Under the pieces are notes generated by a model that was not told the DNA's origin, did no database searches, and was given only the letters and a program-made list of their open reading frames with translations. Below, piece by piece: positions 22,648 through 34,144 of a DNA stretch of 64,000 nt (position 1 is its first letter; every line of letters starts with the position of its first letter). Origin of the DNA: Chlorokybus atmophyticus (lineage: Eukaryota; Plantae; Mesostigma and Chlorokybus algae); NCBI GenBank assembly GCA_009103225.1, contig RHPI01001737.1, positions 186,001-250,000 of the forward strand, read 5' to 3'. A program made the position numbers and the translations under genes.

Positions 22648-24767
22648 ACGCTTCAACATCTGACAAGTGGTTATCATCAATTTAGAATTCATCATGAGGA
22701 TGTACAAAAGACAGCTTTTCGTACACCTATAGGGCACTTTGAGTATAAAGTGTGGCCTTTTGGGTTGACGAACGCACCCGCAACGTTTCAGGCAGCTATA
22801 AATGCTGTGTTTGTGGATGAGCTGTATAACTTTGTGCTGATATATCTGGATGATATTATTGTGTACAGCAAAACCCGGGAGGAACACCACAAGCATTTGC
22901 AAACGGTGTTGTTAAAATTGCAAGAACACAAATTCTATGCCAACCTGACCAAATGCAACTTTGCACAAGAAGAACTTCCCTTTCTAGGACATGTGATGGG
23001 CAAAGATGGGTTGAAGCCTGATCCCCATCAGGTGTCGGTAGTCAAAGACTGGCCACCACCAAAAGATGTGCATCAATTACGAGCCTTTTTAGGTTTGGCC
23101 AATTACTTCCGCAAGTTCATGCGAGGGTATTCGACTATGGCCAATGCATTAACATCTTTACTTCGTAAACATGTCAAATTTGGGTGGACGGAAGCACATG
23201 AGAAAGCCTTCTCATGCACCAAAGATGCATTGACAAAGACACCCGTGTTAGCTTTTTCGGATCACACCCAACCTTTTATGGTGGTCAGTGATGCATCCAC
23301 CATAAGATGTGGTGCAGCTTTGCTTTAAGGCGACAAGCCGTGTGCCTAATAAAGCAGAAAATTCAACCCTGCTGAGCGTAATTACACAACCACCGAACAG
23401 GAATTACTCGGTGTTGTGCATGCGTTACGCACTTGACGTTGCTACTTAAAAGGGGTGGAATTCTTAGTGATTAAGGATCACAATCCTCTTACCTCTTTCA
23501 CACGCAACAAAACCTATCCCGACGACAAGCCAGGTGGAATGAGTTCTTATCTCGTTTCACATTCACATGGCAGTATCGTCCGGGACGCACCATTGTGGCT
23601 GATCCACTCAGCCGCAGTCCGGTCCTCCTAGCACTTACGCGCTCGCGTATACAGCACATTGCACCCACTGAAGACCCCTTTTCAATAGAGGTATCAGAGG
23701 GCTATACTGTAGACAGTTAGTCTAACAGTCTGGCCAACATTTCTCAACTGAGCAAGAAGGGAAAACTGTGGTATAAAGGAGATCAATTGGTCATACCCAA
23801 CTCGAAGGACTTACGCACACACTGCATGCAATCAGTGCATGACCCACAGTACGCTGGGCACTTGGGCAGGCATAAAACGCTCAAGCATGCGCAACGGTTG
23901 TACTGGTGGCCATTAATGACCACTGATGTGGATCAATACGTTCGCACATGTGATGTGTGTCGACGAAACAAGCCGTTACAATAAAAACAATTAGGTTTGC
24001 TGAAACCGTCAAGCATCCCTGAATAAAAGTGGGACAGTGTTAGTATGGATTTAATTACTGACCTTCCGGAAACAGCTGCGAAAAACATTGCTATCACTGT
24101 TTTCGTCGACAGGCTTACTAAAATGGTGCATTTCGTTCCATGCTCCACCACATTGAGTGCACGGTGTTAACACACTTGTTTGTGCAAATTGTTTTTAGAG
24201 CACACGGGGTTCCCCGCGAGCTTGTAACAGACCGTGATCCAAGATTTGTTTCAAAGTTTTGGCGAGAAGTCTGCGGGCTATTGGGTGTAAAACAAAGCAT
24301 GTCGACTGCTTTTCACCCACAAACATATGGTCAAACTGAGCGAGCAAATTAAGTGCTTGAAAGAATAACTCGGCATTATGTGTCTCCCGACCACTTGGAT
24401 TGGGATAAGTACTTGCTAATGGCGGAGTTTGCTGTGAACAACGCATGGCAGAAAGTGTGAAGGCAACCCCGTTTTTCTTAACACTAAGATGGGAACTGTA
24501 TTAAAAGAAGTACTTGTACTTAAAAGAGTACCAAAAATCGCCTCTGTTTGGCCGCAATTTATTCTTTTACCCAAGCTAAAGTAGATAGCACAGCCTATAT
24601 CAAGTTGTTGCAATTTTTAAGCAGCACGTCGTAAAACTAGTTTCATAATTTTTAGCCCATTGTGCTGAAAGTTATATATTTTCAAAGTAGCCGTCAAGCT
24701 GCACAAAACGCCCCAGATGTTGTGACTTTTAGGGCTCTTTTGGCTGATGTACCTATCGAACTAAGTT

Positions 24768-27249
24768 GTGACTTTTAGGTGTGTTTTGGCAGGTAAGTTG
24801 GCGAAAATACCAGGCCTGGGGGCCGCCTCTGCTAGCAGCGCGGCGGTGATAGCGAGGGAAACGACGAGGGGCGTGGCGAGAGGCGCGACGGCGGCGGCGA
24901 GGGAGGTTGGGGAGGGGCTGGGTGCTAGGTCAAGAGGCTGGGTAGGCCGCAAACTCAAAGTCCCAGCCACATATTGGTCTGTGGCATGGGCGAAAGCAGA
25001 GTTTGGGGCTGCTTGGCAGTCGACTCTGTTGGATGGTGCGGTGGTGGGGTTCAAGGAGGGAGTAAGAGAGGAGAGGGATAAGTGGGAGTGTAGTTTTCAC
25101 TTTGATAGCTCAGTTACTATACTAGGTGCAGCAGTAGTTGAGGAGTATTCGCTGCCGCTGGCGCATGAAGAGGGAGGAGATGGAGGAGCAGATCACAATG
25201 AGGAGGAGCCTATCATAGTTCCATGATGGGGGAGACACCTCCTGCAATCGATGAGAGTGTAGAGAGCAGTGAAGACGACGGCAGTGAGGAGGATAGAGGG
25301 CAAGCAGAGTTGGGAGGTGGAGGGAGAGGGAGAGGGAGAGGGAGGGGAAGATGGCTTGAGCCTGAAACATTTGTGGGTCATGTTGGCCCAGCAATACAAG
25401 ACCTCCCATCCAAGAATCCACTGCAGTTGCTGCTCCTTTTCATTCCATTCACCTTTTGGGATCATGCCGCTGTTCATACAAACCTCTACGCTGCACACTG
25501 CACAGCGTCGTTTTGGTCCAGATGGTGGGCGTCAGTGGTTGCCAGTAACACGTCAAGAGCTTTTGCGTTGGGTTGGCTTGACACTTGCCATGGCGTGCCA
25601 CACATTGAATGACATGCATTCATATTGGCGCACTGGTCTGATGGGGGCAGTAATATTTCCTGACTTTGGGAGGTTTATGAGTATCACACGCTATCAACAA
25701 ATCAAACGCTATTTTCATTTGAATGATAATAGCCAACGGCCAAGTGATCGTACTACTAATGACTATAAGCTATGGCATATATTGCCCATCATCAACACAC
25801 TCCGCGATACTTTCAAGCGGTATTATAAGCCTGGTAGGAATGTTACTATTGATGAACGCACTATTCCCATACGTAACAAAATGTGTCCCATCCGCATATA
25901 TAATCATAGCAAGCCTTATAAGCTTGGCATTGAGATTTTTCAAGCTTGCAACTCTGACACCTACTACTGCTATGATTTAATCGTGTATGATAAGTGCCCA
26001 CGTCCAGAGCTTCACACTTGTTGTACAACAACTAGTGATTACCATGCCTTATGCTCATCATCACTTTATACTTGATCGTGGCTTCACCTCACCTAAACTA
26101 CTAATGTGGCTGCAAATGCAAGGGCATAGCGGTACGGGTACTACAGTAGCTAATCGAGTTGGGTACCCCTCACACTTGATCACTTTGGATGACCGTGCCG
26201 AACAAGGTGAACATAGGTTTGCTATTGCCCCCCATGATGGCCTCATTGCAGTGTGCTGGAAAGACAAGAAGCCAGTCTTCTTTCTTTCCATGTCATGGTG
26301 TGTCACACGGCATTGTGTCTCGTTTGCAATCTGATGGTAGAAGAGCAGATGTCCCCGCTCCCGACTGTGCTGTTGTTTACAATCTACACAAGGACGCTGT
26401 CGACCAATACGACAAGTATTGTTTGAAGACCAACTACTCAATACAGAAACAGTCCATTTCTGTCAAGTAGTGGCACCGTGCTTGGTGGGGTGTGTTTGAT
26501 GGTGCAGTGGCTAACGTGTGGGTGTGTTTCGCACATGCCAACCCCACCTATACGCGCATGGAGTTCGTGCTTGAGCTGCAAGAGCAGCTGGTGCATAACA
26601 CGCTTGACTCAAGACCTATTGGCGAAGTGCTATTGAGGTAATGTCTGTGCGAAGCTGTGCTGTTGTTGTTGTCGTCGTCTTTGCTGTTGTTGTGATCCAG
26701 CGTTTGTGTGCAGCTGTGTTGTCCTGCTGTTGTTATTGTGGTCGTCTTTCTTGTTGTTGTTGTCCAGCGTTTGTGTGCAGTTGTGTTGTCCTGCTGTTGT
26801 TGTTGTGGTCGTCTCTGTTGCTGTTGTTGTTGTTGTTGTCCAGCGTTTGTGTGCAGCTGTGTTGTCCTGCCGTTGTTGTCCTTGTGCATAGATCTGCGTG
26901 TTGCTTCCCCTCTCATTCTCTCACCATGCGTTGGTTTCAAACAGGCAGGCAAGCGGCATTCAAGGATCCGCAAGGGAGGTTTAGGGGTGGTCATTTAGCC
27001 GACAAGCACCCATCATCTAAGCAGCGATGGTGCCTGGTGTGTTCAGCAGATGCACGCAACAGTACCTCTCTGCCAGGCGAGCGGCCCGCAAGAGGCAAGA
27101 AGACCTACTGGTGTCAGCATTGCAACGTGCACTTGTGTAAGACCCCATGCTTCATAAGCGCTTTCACACTGACAGAAATATCATGGGCATTGATGTTGGC
27201 CCAAAGCGCAAGCGCAGGTCTCTCCGGACCAGCATGTAAGTGTGTGTGA
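24768..27249 (+). pseudogene. piggyBac transposase (DDD triad plus C-terminal Cys-rich domain), frameshifted, with one intron at 26638-26891
   Basis: VTIDERTI, KPYKLGI, ILDRGFTS, WKDKKPVFFLS, YNLHKDAVDQYD, and the CRD WCLVC...YWCQHCNVHLCKTPC. Frameshifts near 25225, 25495, 26015 and 26290, and a TAG at ~26468. Confidence 0.88.
26650..26885. repeat. Tandem repeat (about 3 units of ~60-70 bp with TGT microsatellite) forming the transposase intron
   Basis: CCAGCGTTTGTGTGCAG(C/T)TGTGTTGTCCTGC occurs three times, separated by (TGT)n. Confidence 0.9.
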
Positions 27250-28303
27250 CTAAGTTTGCTTGCACATATGCATGCGTGCGTTGACATGTGTGCTTCACTC
27301 TTTAGGTGAGGAGTAGAGCGGCTTGATGTTGCTGGCCTGACCAAGTTTATCCGCAAGGAGAAATTATATAGTCAGTTGGCAAGCACAATGTGTACTATAG
27401 TACTTGATAGTTGCCAAGTGGTTGGTTGTGGTATGCATGTACACAATCACGTCACATTCTTATCAAGTGCGATGCTGTGATAATAAGTTGACATCATCCT
27501 CTCGGTACTACAAGAAGTTCTTACCACAATAGCAAGCTTTGCAGCACACGCAGCCTGCACAACTTGTGCAATGCGCGCAACCCATGCACCATTACCTGGT
27601 TAACGAATTATCCTGGTCAGATTCATGGTTAATTAACTATTATTATATTTTGCCGGTTACATAACTACATAAGCTATCTACCCTCCAAGGAGTTTGATTT
27701 TTAAGGGTCCACACCGCATGCAATACCCGTCATAAAATCCGAGATAACTGTACTCTTTTAGGTACATTTACCTCCCATCTTAGTGTTAAATTACGTGATA
27801 CTTCCTAACATACATGTTTCATTGCGTGTACCCCGCAATGAACTGTCTGTGCCAGCGGCAAAAGACTTTGCCGTTGCAATGCAGGAACATTTGGCTCGAG
27901 CCAAGCTATGTTTGTCCGAGGCACAAGATAGACAAAAAACTTACGCTGATAAACATCGAAAGATGGCCACTTTCGATGTGGGCAACAAAGTGTTGCTCAA
28001 TGCAAAGAACATAACCATTAAGGGTACGGGAGCGCGCAAGCTGCTCCCCAAATGGTTAGGTCTATTCTCTATCATTGATAATATTGGTTCGCATGCTTAC
28101 AGACTGCAATTGCCCCCAAGCATGCGTATACACAACATGTTCCATGTGAACTTGTTGAAACCTTACCGCTCTGACGGAAGGACTCAGCCTCCACCTCCAC
28201 CTGTCATGGTGGATAGCGAGCTCAAATACGAGGTGGAAGCTATTTTAGACCATAAACTTAGTAGTCGTGGCCGCACAACCCGCTATTTAGTTAATTAAGA
28301 AGG

Positions 28304-28924
28304 TGTTACGACAAGGGTCCGGCCATCTAAGCCATAAAAGACCATGGTGGGATTTATGACTATTCTCATTCTTACGTATTACGCCCAGCCTCCCTGGCTG
28401 CCGTAACACACCTCCCCCATTAGAATAAGCACGTCCTCGGCTACTTCTTATAGGGTTCTTTTTCTTAGCCCTCCGCCCGCGGGCGACCGAGCCATCTCGA
28501 CCGGCGACCGCTCACGGCCGGGTTGAGTCCGGTCATTTCTGCGACCGGCGGGTCAACACCGCGCGGTCGTTCTCGTTCTCGAGAACGTTGTCAGCCGTTC
28601 TCTCGAACGTTCTGTTCGAGCGACCGTTCTAGATCGCGTTCTTTGCCGTCCCTTTCGTTCCTTCCGACCTGCGACTTGCCCAAGGCCGCGGGTCCCACCG
28701 CGACTTTTCCAAGGTCGCGGTGCACTTTCCTTAGAACTTTTGCCAACCGAAAAATTGCCGCTCTATCCCCCTTGGGGAGTCGAGCCCACGACCTTTAGGT
28801 TGTCGGCCCCGATACCAAATGTTACGACAAGGGTCCGGCCATCTAAGCCATAAAAGACCATGGTGGGATTCATGACTATTCTCATTTTTACGTATTACGC
28901 CCAGCCTCCCTGGCTGCCGTATAA
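28304..28924 (-). mobile_element. TRIM (terminal-repeat retrotransposon in miniature) inserted in the Gypsy chromodomain
   Basis: 105-bp direct repeats at 28304-28408 and 28820-28924. 5-bp TSD GAAGG at 28299-28303 and 28925-28929. On minus, PBS TGGTATCGGGGCC (28805-28817) and PPT AATGGGGGAGGTG (~28409-28421). No pol coding sequence. Confidence 0.9.
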
Positions 28925-29158
28925 GAAGGGTATGGCCCAGAAAATAACAGTTGGGAGCCTGACAGGCATCTTACGCACTGCCGTGAGTTGCTTTAGGCTT
29001 ATACGGATTCACTTCCGTCCCGTTAACTGTGGGCTTGGATTATGACAGACTGGCAGTGCAGTTTCATTTCCGCCCTAGCAATCCTGCAATCTCACTGGTC
29101 TCTTTGTCTTCAAAACGAGGTCTGATCAGCCTGGGTTCAACGAGGACATTGCAATCTC

Positions 29159-29171
29159 AAGTGGGGGGGAA
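29159..29171 (+). promoter_or_regulatory. Polypurine tract of Gypsy element 1
   Basis: AAGTGGGGGGGAA directly before the 3' LTR; identical to 53669-53681 in element 2. Confidence 0.85.
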
Positions 29172-29694
29172 TGTAACGGGAGCAATAGTATTGGGGACAT
29201 TATTGCGACCTAAATTAGCTACATAAGCTTCATTTATGTTAATAAGTATCCTTATTTACTTATTTACACCTCTTTTCTACGGTTCCTCGCTTATATCCGA
29301 TTATATTAATTGATATAAGTCCCAACGGGTGTAGGACCGCCTTTTCAAGCCTATTTAAGATTGCATATGTTATATGCGACCACTATAGCCAGCTATCGCA
29401 ATAGGTACCTTACCGTTAGGTCCCTTATCGTTAGATATCTGAGCTTTAATTGGCTCACGCCAGATTTCCAACGGTTACCCAATCTGTAGGGTTCTTATCT
29501 GGTGTTGAGTTTGATATCAAGACACATATGTGTGATAAACTCTTGATATAAAAGGTCCATCAACTGATAGGACCTCATTTCGTCCTCTGCCACAGCGTCA
29601 TGCTGCCGGCGGCTTAACATGCTTGTTGCTGGCGGTGTGGGTGTTGGGGTAGAGGATTGAAGGGTTGTCGGCGGCGACGCCGGCATCTGTTACA
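29172..29694 (+). repeat. 3' LTR of Gypsy element 1
   Basis: TGTAACGGGAGCAATAG...CATCTGTTACA, followed by the TSD ATTAC. Confidence 0.93.
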
Positions 29695-30660
29695 ATTACG
29701 ATGCACATGCAAGAGGCCATATACGACGTATATTGCATGTGCAATCATGAAAATGTAACGTGTATTGGTAAGCGCGCACGCCATTTCGAGTTGATGCTAC
29801 TCTTTCAAAAGGTAGGAGTCCTCATTTACAACGCCAGGATTATAATTGGTTGTGAACTATCTACCTAGACCTCAAGCTTAGGCTAACTATGCCAACCGCG
29901 GTCTGTAATTATTATTAAAAGCAATTGTGTGTTTTATCGTGAGTGTCCTATGGTACATGTATAAACTGTGCTTGCCCTACGCGCGTATAAGTGATACCGC
30001 CCGTTAAATCGGTCATACCTTTTACTTTATGCACCTCTGCGTGGCTTGTGGTAGGCTATAGCGGTATGAGTGAATGATTGGACTGGCATCCATAAATAGG
30101 TCAAGGCTTTGTAATTGCGTCAGCTGTATATGCTTTGATCAAGTACACTTATTCTTCCATAATATGCGCAGCTTGCGCGTGCCACATGCACAATTGCCGC
30201 GATTATGGGGCTCCATACACGCATCAGTAGCAATAATTGACTCTCTCTCACCTGTCATAACGCTCATGTTTGAGGACATGTGCATGCTTTGTATTGCATG
30301 CATGACAATGCATGACTGTTGGCCCTTTTTGCAACGACCGCATCTGATGTGAGTTGTAGTGTACAAGTGCAATCGTATACAAGAGTAAACAGCAACAAGT
30401 GCTAGTTTGCTTTCGTACATACTGGGACGCCATGACCATTGTCATTGCATACCGGTACTCGATACCTGTAAACAGGCTGTGATGAACTGCAAGACAGCGT
30501 GTGTCAGCTTTTACAGTCTTTGGCTCACCAGGTCCTCCGTGTCATAAGCACGCACGGATCCTCTCGAGGAGACGACGCGCGCACCCAACACACAGGCCAG
30601 TGTGCCACGCTGGACATTGCTTCTTACCCCCGCCCCGCTACTACGGCGCTGCCGCCCTTC

Positions 30661-32551
30661 ATGGCGACGTCCACCGTCCAGGCAGCCACTGCCATCCTCG
30701 CGCGTGGGGGGGCGGTCGGCCTCAGCACAGCACCGCAGCTGCTACCCGCCGCCTCCGCCTCCGCCTCGGCCTCGGCCTCGGTGCGCCGCCCACTCCGCCC
30801 ACACCACAGCAGCGGCAGCACGGCGCGCCTCGTCTCCCCCGCGGTGAGGTTGCCCGGGCTATGTGGCGCCTCTCAGCGTAGGCGGCGGCGCTGCGGGGTG
30901 GTCGCTGCAGCTGACGTCGCCGTCGAGGAAGGTGAGAGGAGCACGTTGGGCAGTGTTCAGTCGCAGTGCATGCACGAGTTCGGCAGACAAACACTGTTTG
31001 GCCAAGACATCATTGATAAGATCGGCAAGTGTGCTGTTGCACCCTGTTGAACCGTTGGCTGCTACTTGCAACATAATTGCATACTGTATGCTGGGTACTC
31101 GTCATTGCCATGCACTTTGAGCAAGCTTGCAATGGACACCCGCCCGTCGTTCAAAGCCACAAATCTGCACGCACACGCACCACATGTTTGGTGTCAGCCT
31201 CCAGCTACAGGGAGTTGGTTAAGCCCAGCTCATTACAGAAATGACTGTTCATGTGTACTGGCATAGGTGCGGCGAGGCGGCAGAAGAAGGCGATCAGCAT
31301 ACGTTCACTGCGTGAGGACTTGGGCGAGGAGCTGCTGCGGACGCTGGGGCTGGCGGGCGAGGAGAGCGAAGCGTCTTGCAGCGGTCGTCCCGCCCTCGTG
31401 CCGGGCCCGCTTCCCGCCCCCAAAACAATCGTGCTCGTGCGCCACGGCCAGAGCTCATGGAACAAAGAGAGGTGTGAGTTGGTCTGAACAACAATCAGTT
31501 GATAGCGGGATGGCAGAAGGCGTTGGTGTGGGTGGCTATGTGAGTTAATGCGGCATGTGCCATGCAGCCGCATCCAGGGCAACACGGATGAGAGCGTGCT
31601 GACGGAGGAGGGCATTGAGCAGGCGCGGCGCTGTCGTCGGGCTCTGGAGCCGCTCCCGTTCGAAGTTTGCTATGCCAGCCCCATCTCTCGGGCAAAGGTT
31701 GGGGCTCACGGTTTTCTTGAAACCTCATGTGTGCAAGTGGATGCACATTGCAGTGCAAGTACACTCACTCGCGCACTGTATGCACACACTAGCTGTGTTT
31801 GGGGATGCTCGCATGCATCATGCATCGAGTTGTGCATTTGGTAGTGTGGAGGGACGCCAATCTGCGCCTGTATGTTGCGACAGCCAACCACACAATTGTC
31901 GTTGATTGCATGTCCTCATTCGGGCTCTGTGCAGACGAGCGCGGAGGTGATATGGCAGGATCGCGAGGAGCCGCTTGTGTACCTTGACGGGCTGCGTGAG
32001 GCCAACCTGCGCTTCCTGCAGGGGATGTACAATGCGGATGCCGCCATCCTGCACGCGGAGGACTTCCGCTTCTGGCGCACCGAGCCCGAGAACTTCTGCG
32101 TCGACGGCACCTACCCCGTGCGCGAGCTCTGGGAACACGCACGCGCCGCGTGGCGAGACATCCTCCTCGGAGAGGTCAGTCCCCACCCTCCACACACATG
32201 TTGAGTTGTGCTTTGGGTCACTTGTTTGGATGTGAGTCTGTCATGTGCCCCTGCAGGGGTCTTTGGTGTTGGTGGTGTCGCACAAGTCGATACTGCGCGC
32301 GTTGCTGGGCGTTGCCATTGGGCTCAGCCCCTCCAAGTGAGTGGTGTCTCCTTGTGACATCAACGGGGTTTAGTTGGTTTGCTGAACGGTGTGCCAATAC
32401 TGCTCGTGTGCTTGTGTGTAGTTTCCGGGCGGTGGACGTTGCCAACGGAGGCTTGTGCATTCTCACCGTCAGCACCGCGGGCCTGGCGTCTGTGAGGGCC
32501 GTCAACCTGTCAGATCACATGACGGATACAGATGTCTCGTACTGCCTTTGA
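30661..32551 (+). CDS. Histidine phosphatase / phosphoglycerate-mutase family protein, CA1P-phosphatase-like, plastid-targeted
   Basis: Transit peptide MATSTVQAA...; IVLVRHGQSSWN, RIQG, YASPISRA, LREANLRFLQG, NFCVDGTYPVRELW, VVSHKSILRALL, FRAVDVANGG. Confidence 0.85.
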
Positions 32552-34144
32552 TGGTGACTACATTGAGTGAGTACATGTATAGCAGTTGTAATGTATGCGA
32601 TACGCCTGCATTTGATTGATGTCAGCGAGGAGGAAACCCTCACAACTAGCAAATGGCAATGAATGGGTGTCGTTTGTGGACATACATGGCCTTGTAAATA
32701 TAATGTGAGCGATGGCCCTTGTGATTTGCCGGCATGTCATGTCACCCACGCAATATTTGCGTTTGCATAGGTGATGCAGAGGAGATCTGTGCGCAGGCGC
32801 AATTCATTGCATGTGCATTTGTTGCTCGTGTGGCTGTTTGAGGTGCTGTAGCTAATTAGATAGTGTGAGATACTTGCAGAGCCTGCAGGTGGTCCTTCAT
32901 CTCTATGCCGACGTCCGCTTGCATAGGCTTGCCTTTTGGGACATAAGTTGCGGCAAATGCATGACTATTGCGCTATGCATGTCCCCTTCTACAGGCTGCA
33001 TTGATTTACAGCAAGTGGGGCGCGCACAATAGCATACCTCTTATGGAGCCACAGAAATGACCGAGGATTTGGCAGTAAGCCAGTGGCATAACCAACAATA
33101 GAATTGCGGTGAAGCAAACTCTAGGTTCCAAAGAGGGGCCACAGTAGAGCAACAAGTGTGCAAGCATTGCAAGCTCAGCAATAACAATGCAACACTCAAC
33201 TTGCATGGGAGCCAAGGCAGAGTTACTACGGACAAAGACTTAGGCTAGGATCGCTAGGACTACTAAGACAACCCTCAAGCAGCAGTAGAAGAGAGCAGGG
33301 GCAACAGCAAGGAGCAGGACAACCTGCAGAGCGCAGGGAGAGAACAGGAAGAGGATAGGCCCGGGCTTCAGCAGGAGCGGTATGCACGACGACCAGACCG
33401 ACGCCTGGACTTGGCCCCAAGCGACCATCTGCCGCCTCCTCGTTGGTAATGGCACCGCCACGGCCTCCGGTCTTACAACACCTGTGTCGTAGACCCGCAC
33501 ACAATAGGCTGCAGGCTGTTTGTCAGTCATGAGTCAGCAAATAGGTCTGGAGTCATGCAACGGACACTGTGCACTAACGGTAATGGCTGTACATCACTCA
33601 TAATGGCATACCGCAAGTAACAGCACGACCACACCAACACCACTATCATATCATCACAACATGGCATGCAATGTCATACACATTTACGCGGCGGACTGGC
33701 CTGGTGTGGCTGCGTGTGTGCACAGTACAGTCGCAGTTTTTTGTCGCAAGCAACTGGCGGAATGTGACATTGTTTTACACTAGTGTGCAGTAATGCAGAC
33801 GTAGAACTGTCATTCCTGGGGTGCAACACAGCAACATCACACTGATTGAAGATCTATGCCCAGATCACAGTCACAGGCCTAGTTATTGGCGTACTGCAGT
33901 ATCCATTCACTCCAGGACTCCGCAAGGTCATTGACCGGGTCCTATCCTCTACACAGTTAATATGCTTGGGTTATTAAGTCCGGCCTAAACAACCTCAACG
34001 CAGGCTGCATACCACCAGCAAGCACACGAAAGCAACTGATATTTGCATAAGATGGTCTCTATACAATGAATGTTGCACTGGCAATCTGCCAGTGCGAGTG
34101 TTAGCAACACAGCAACACACGCAATGGTGGTGTGTCATGCAGGC

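Larger units (their letters stand above)
24482..27785 (+). mobile_element. piggyBac-family DNA transposon inserted in the Gypsy integrase
   Basis: TTAA TSD at 24478-24481 and 27786-27789. 13-bp TIRs CACTAAGATGGGA at 24482-24494 and its reverse complement at 27773-27785. Removing the element restores the integrase sequence seen in element 2. Confidence 0.93.
21086..29013 (+). pseudogene. pol: pol of Gypsy element 1 (extra N-terminal domain, PR, RT, RNase H, IN, chromodomain), fragmented and interrupted
   Basis: LFNTGANHSF (PR), LRMCVDYRALN and YLDDII (RT), VVSDAS (RH), HDPQYAGHLG...CDVC and FHPQTYGQTERAN (IN), EVEAILDHK...YGPENNSWEP (chromo). Many stops and frameshifts. Confidence 0.92.
18479..29694 (+). 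mobile_element. Ty3/Gypsy chromovirus-type LTR retrotransposon, decayed, with three nested insertions
   Basis: LTRs at 18479-19010 and 29172-29694 (TG...CA). 5-bp TSD ATTAC at 18474-18478 and 29695-29699. PBS after the 5' LTR and PPT before the 3' LTR. Domain order gag-ZnK-PR-RT-RH-IN-chromo. Confidence 0.95.

Noticed and set aside
24482-24494. CACTA/EnSpm superfamily element, suggested by the TIR starting CACTA
   Set aside because: The TSD is 4-bp TTAA and the encoded protein is a piggyBac-type DDD transposase.
26650-26885. CRISPR-like array
   Set aside because: The spacers are degenerate microsatellite rather than unique sequence, the context is eukaryotic and no cas genes are present; it is an intronic tandem repeat.
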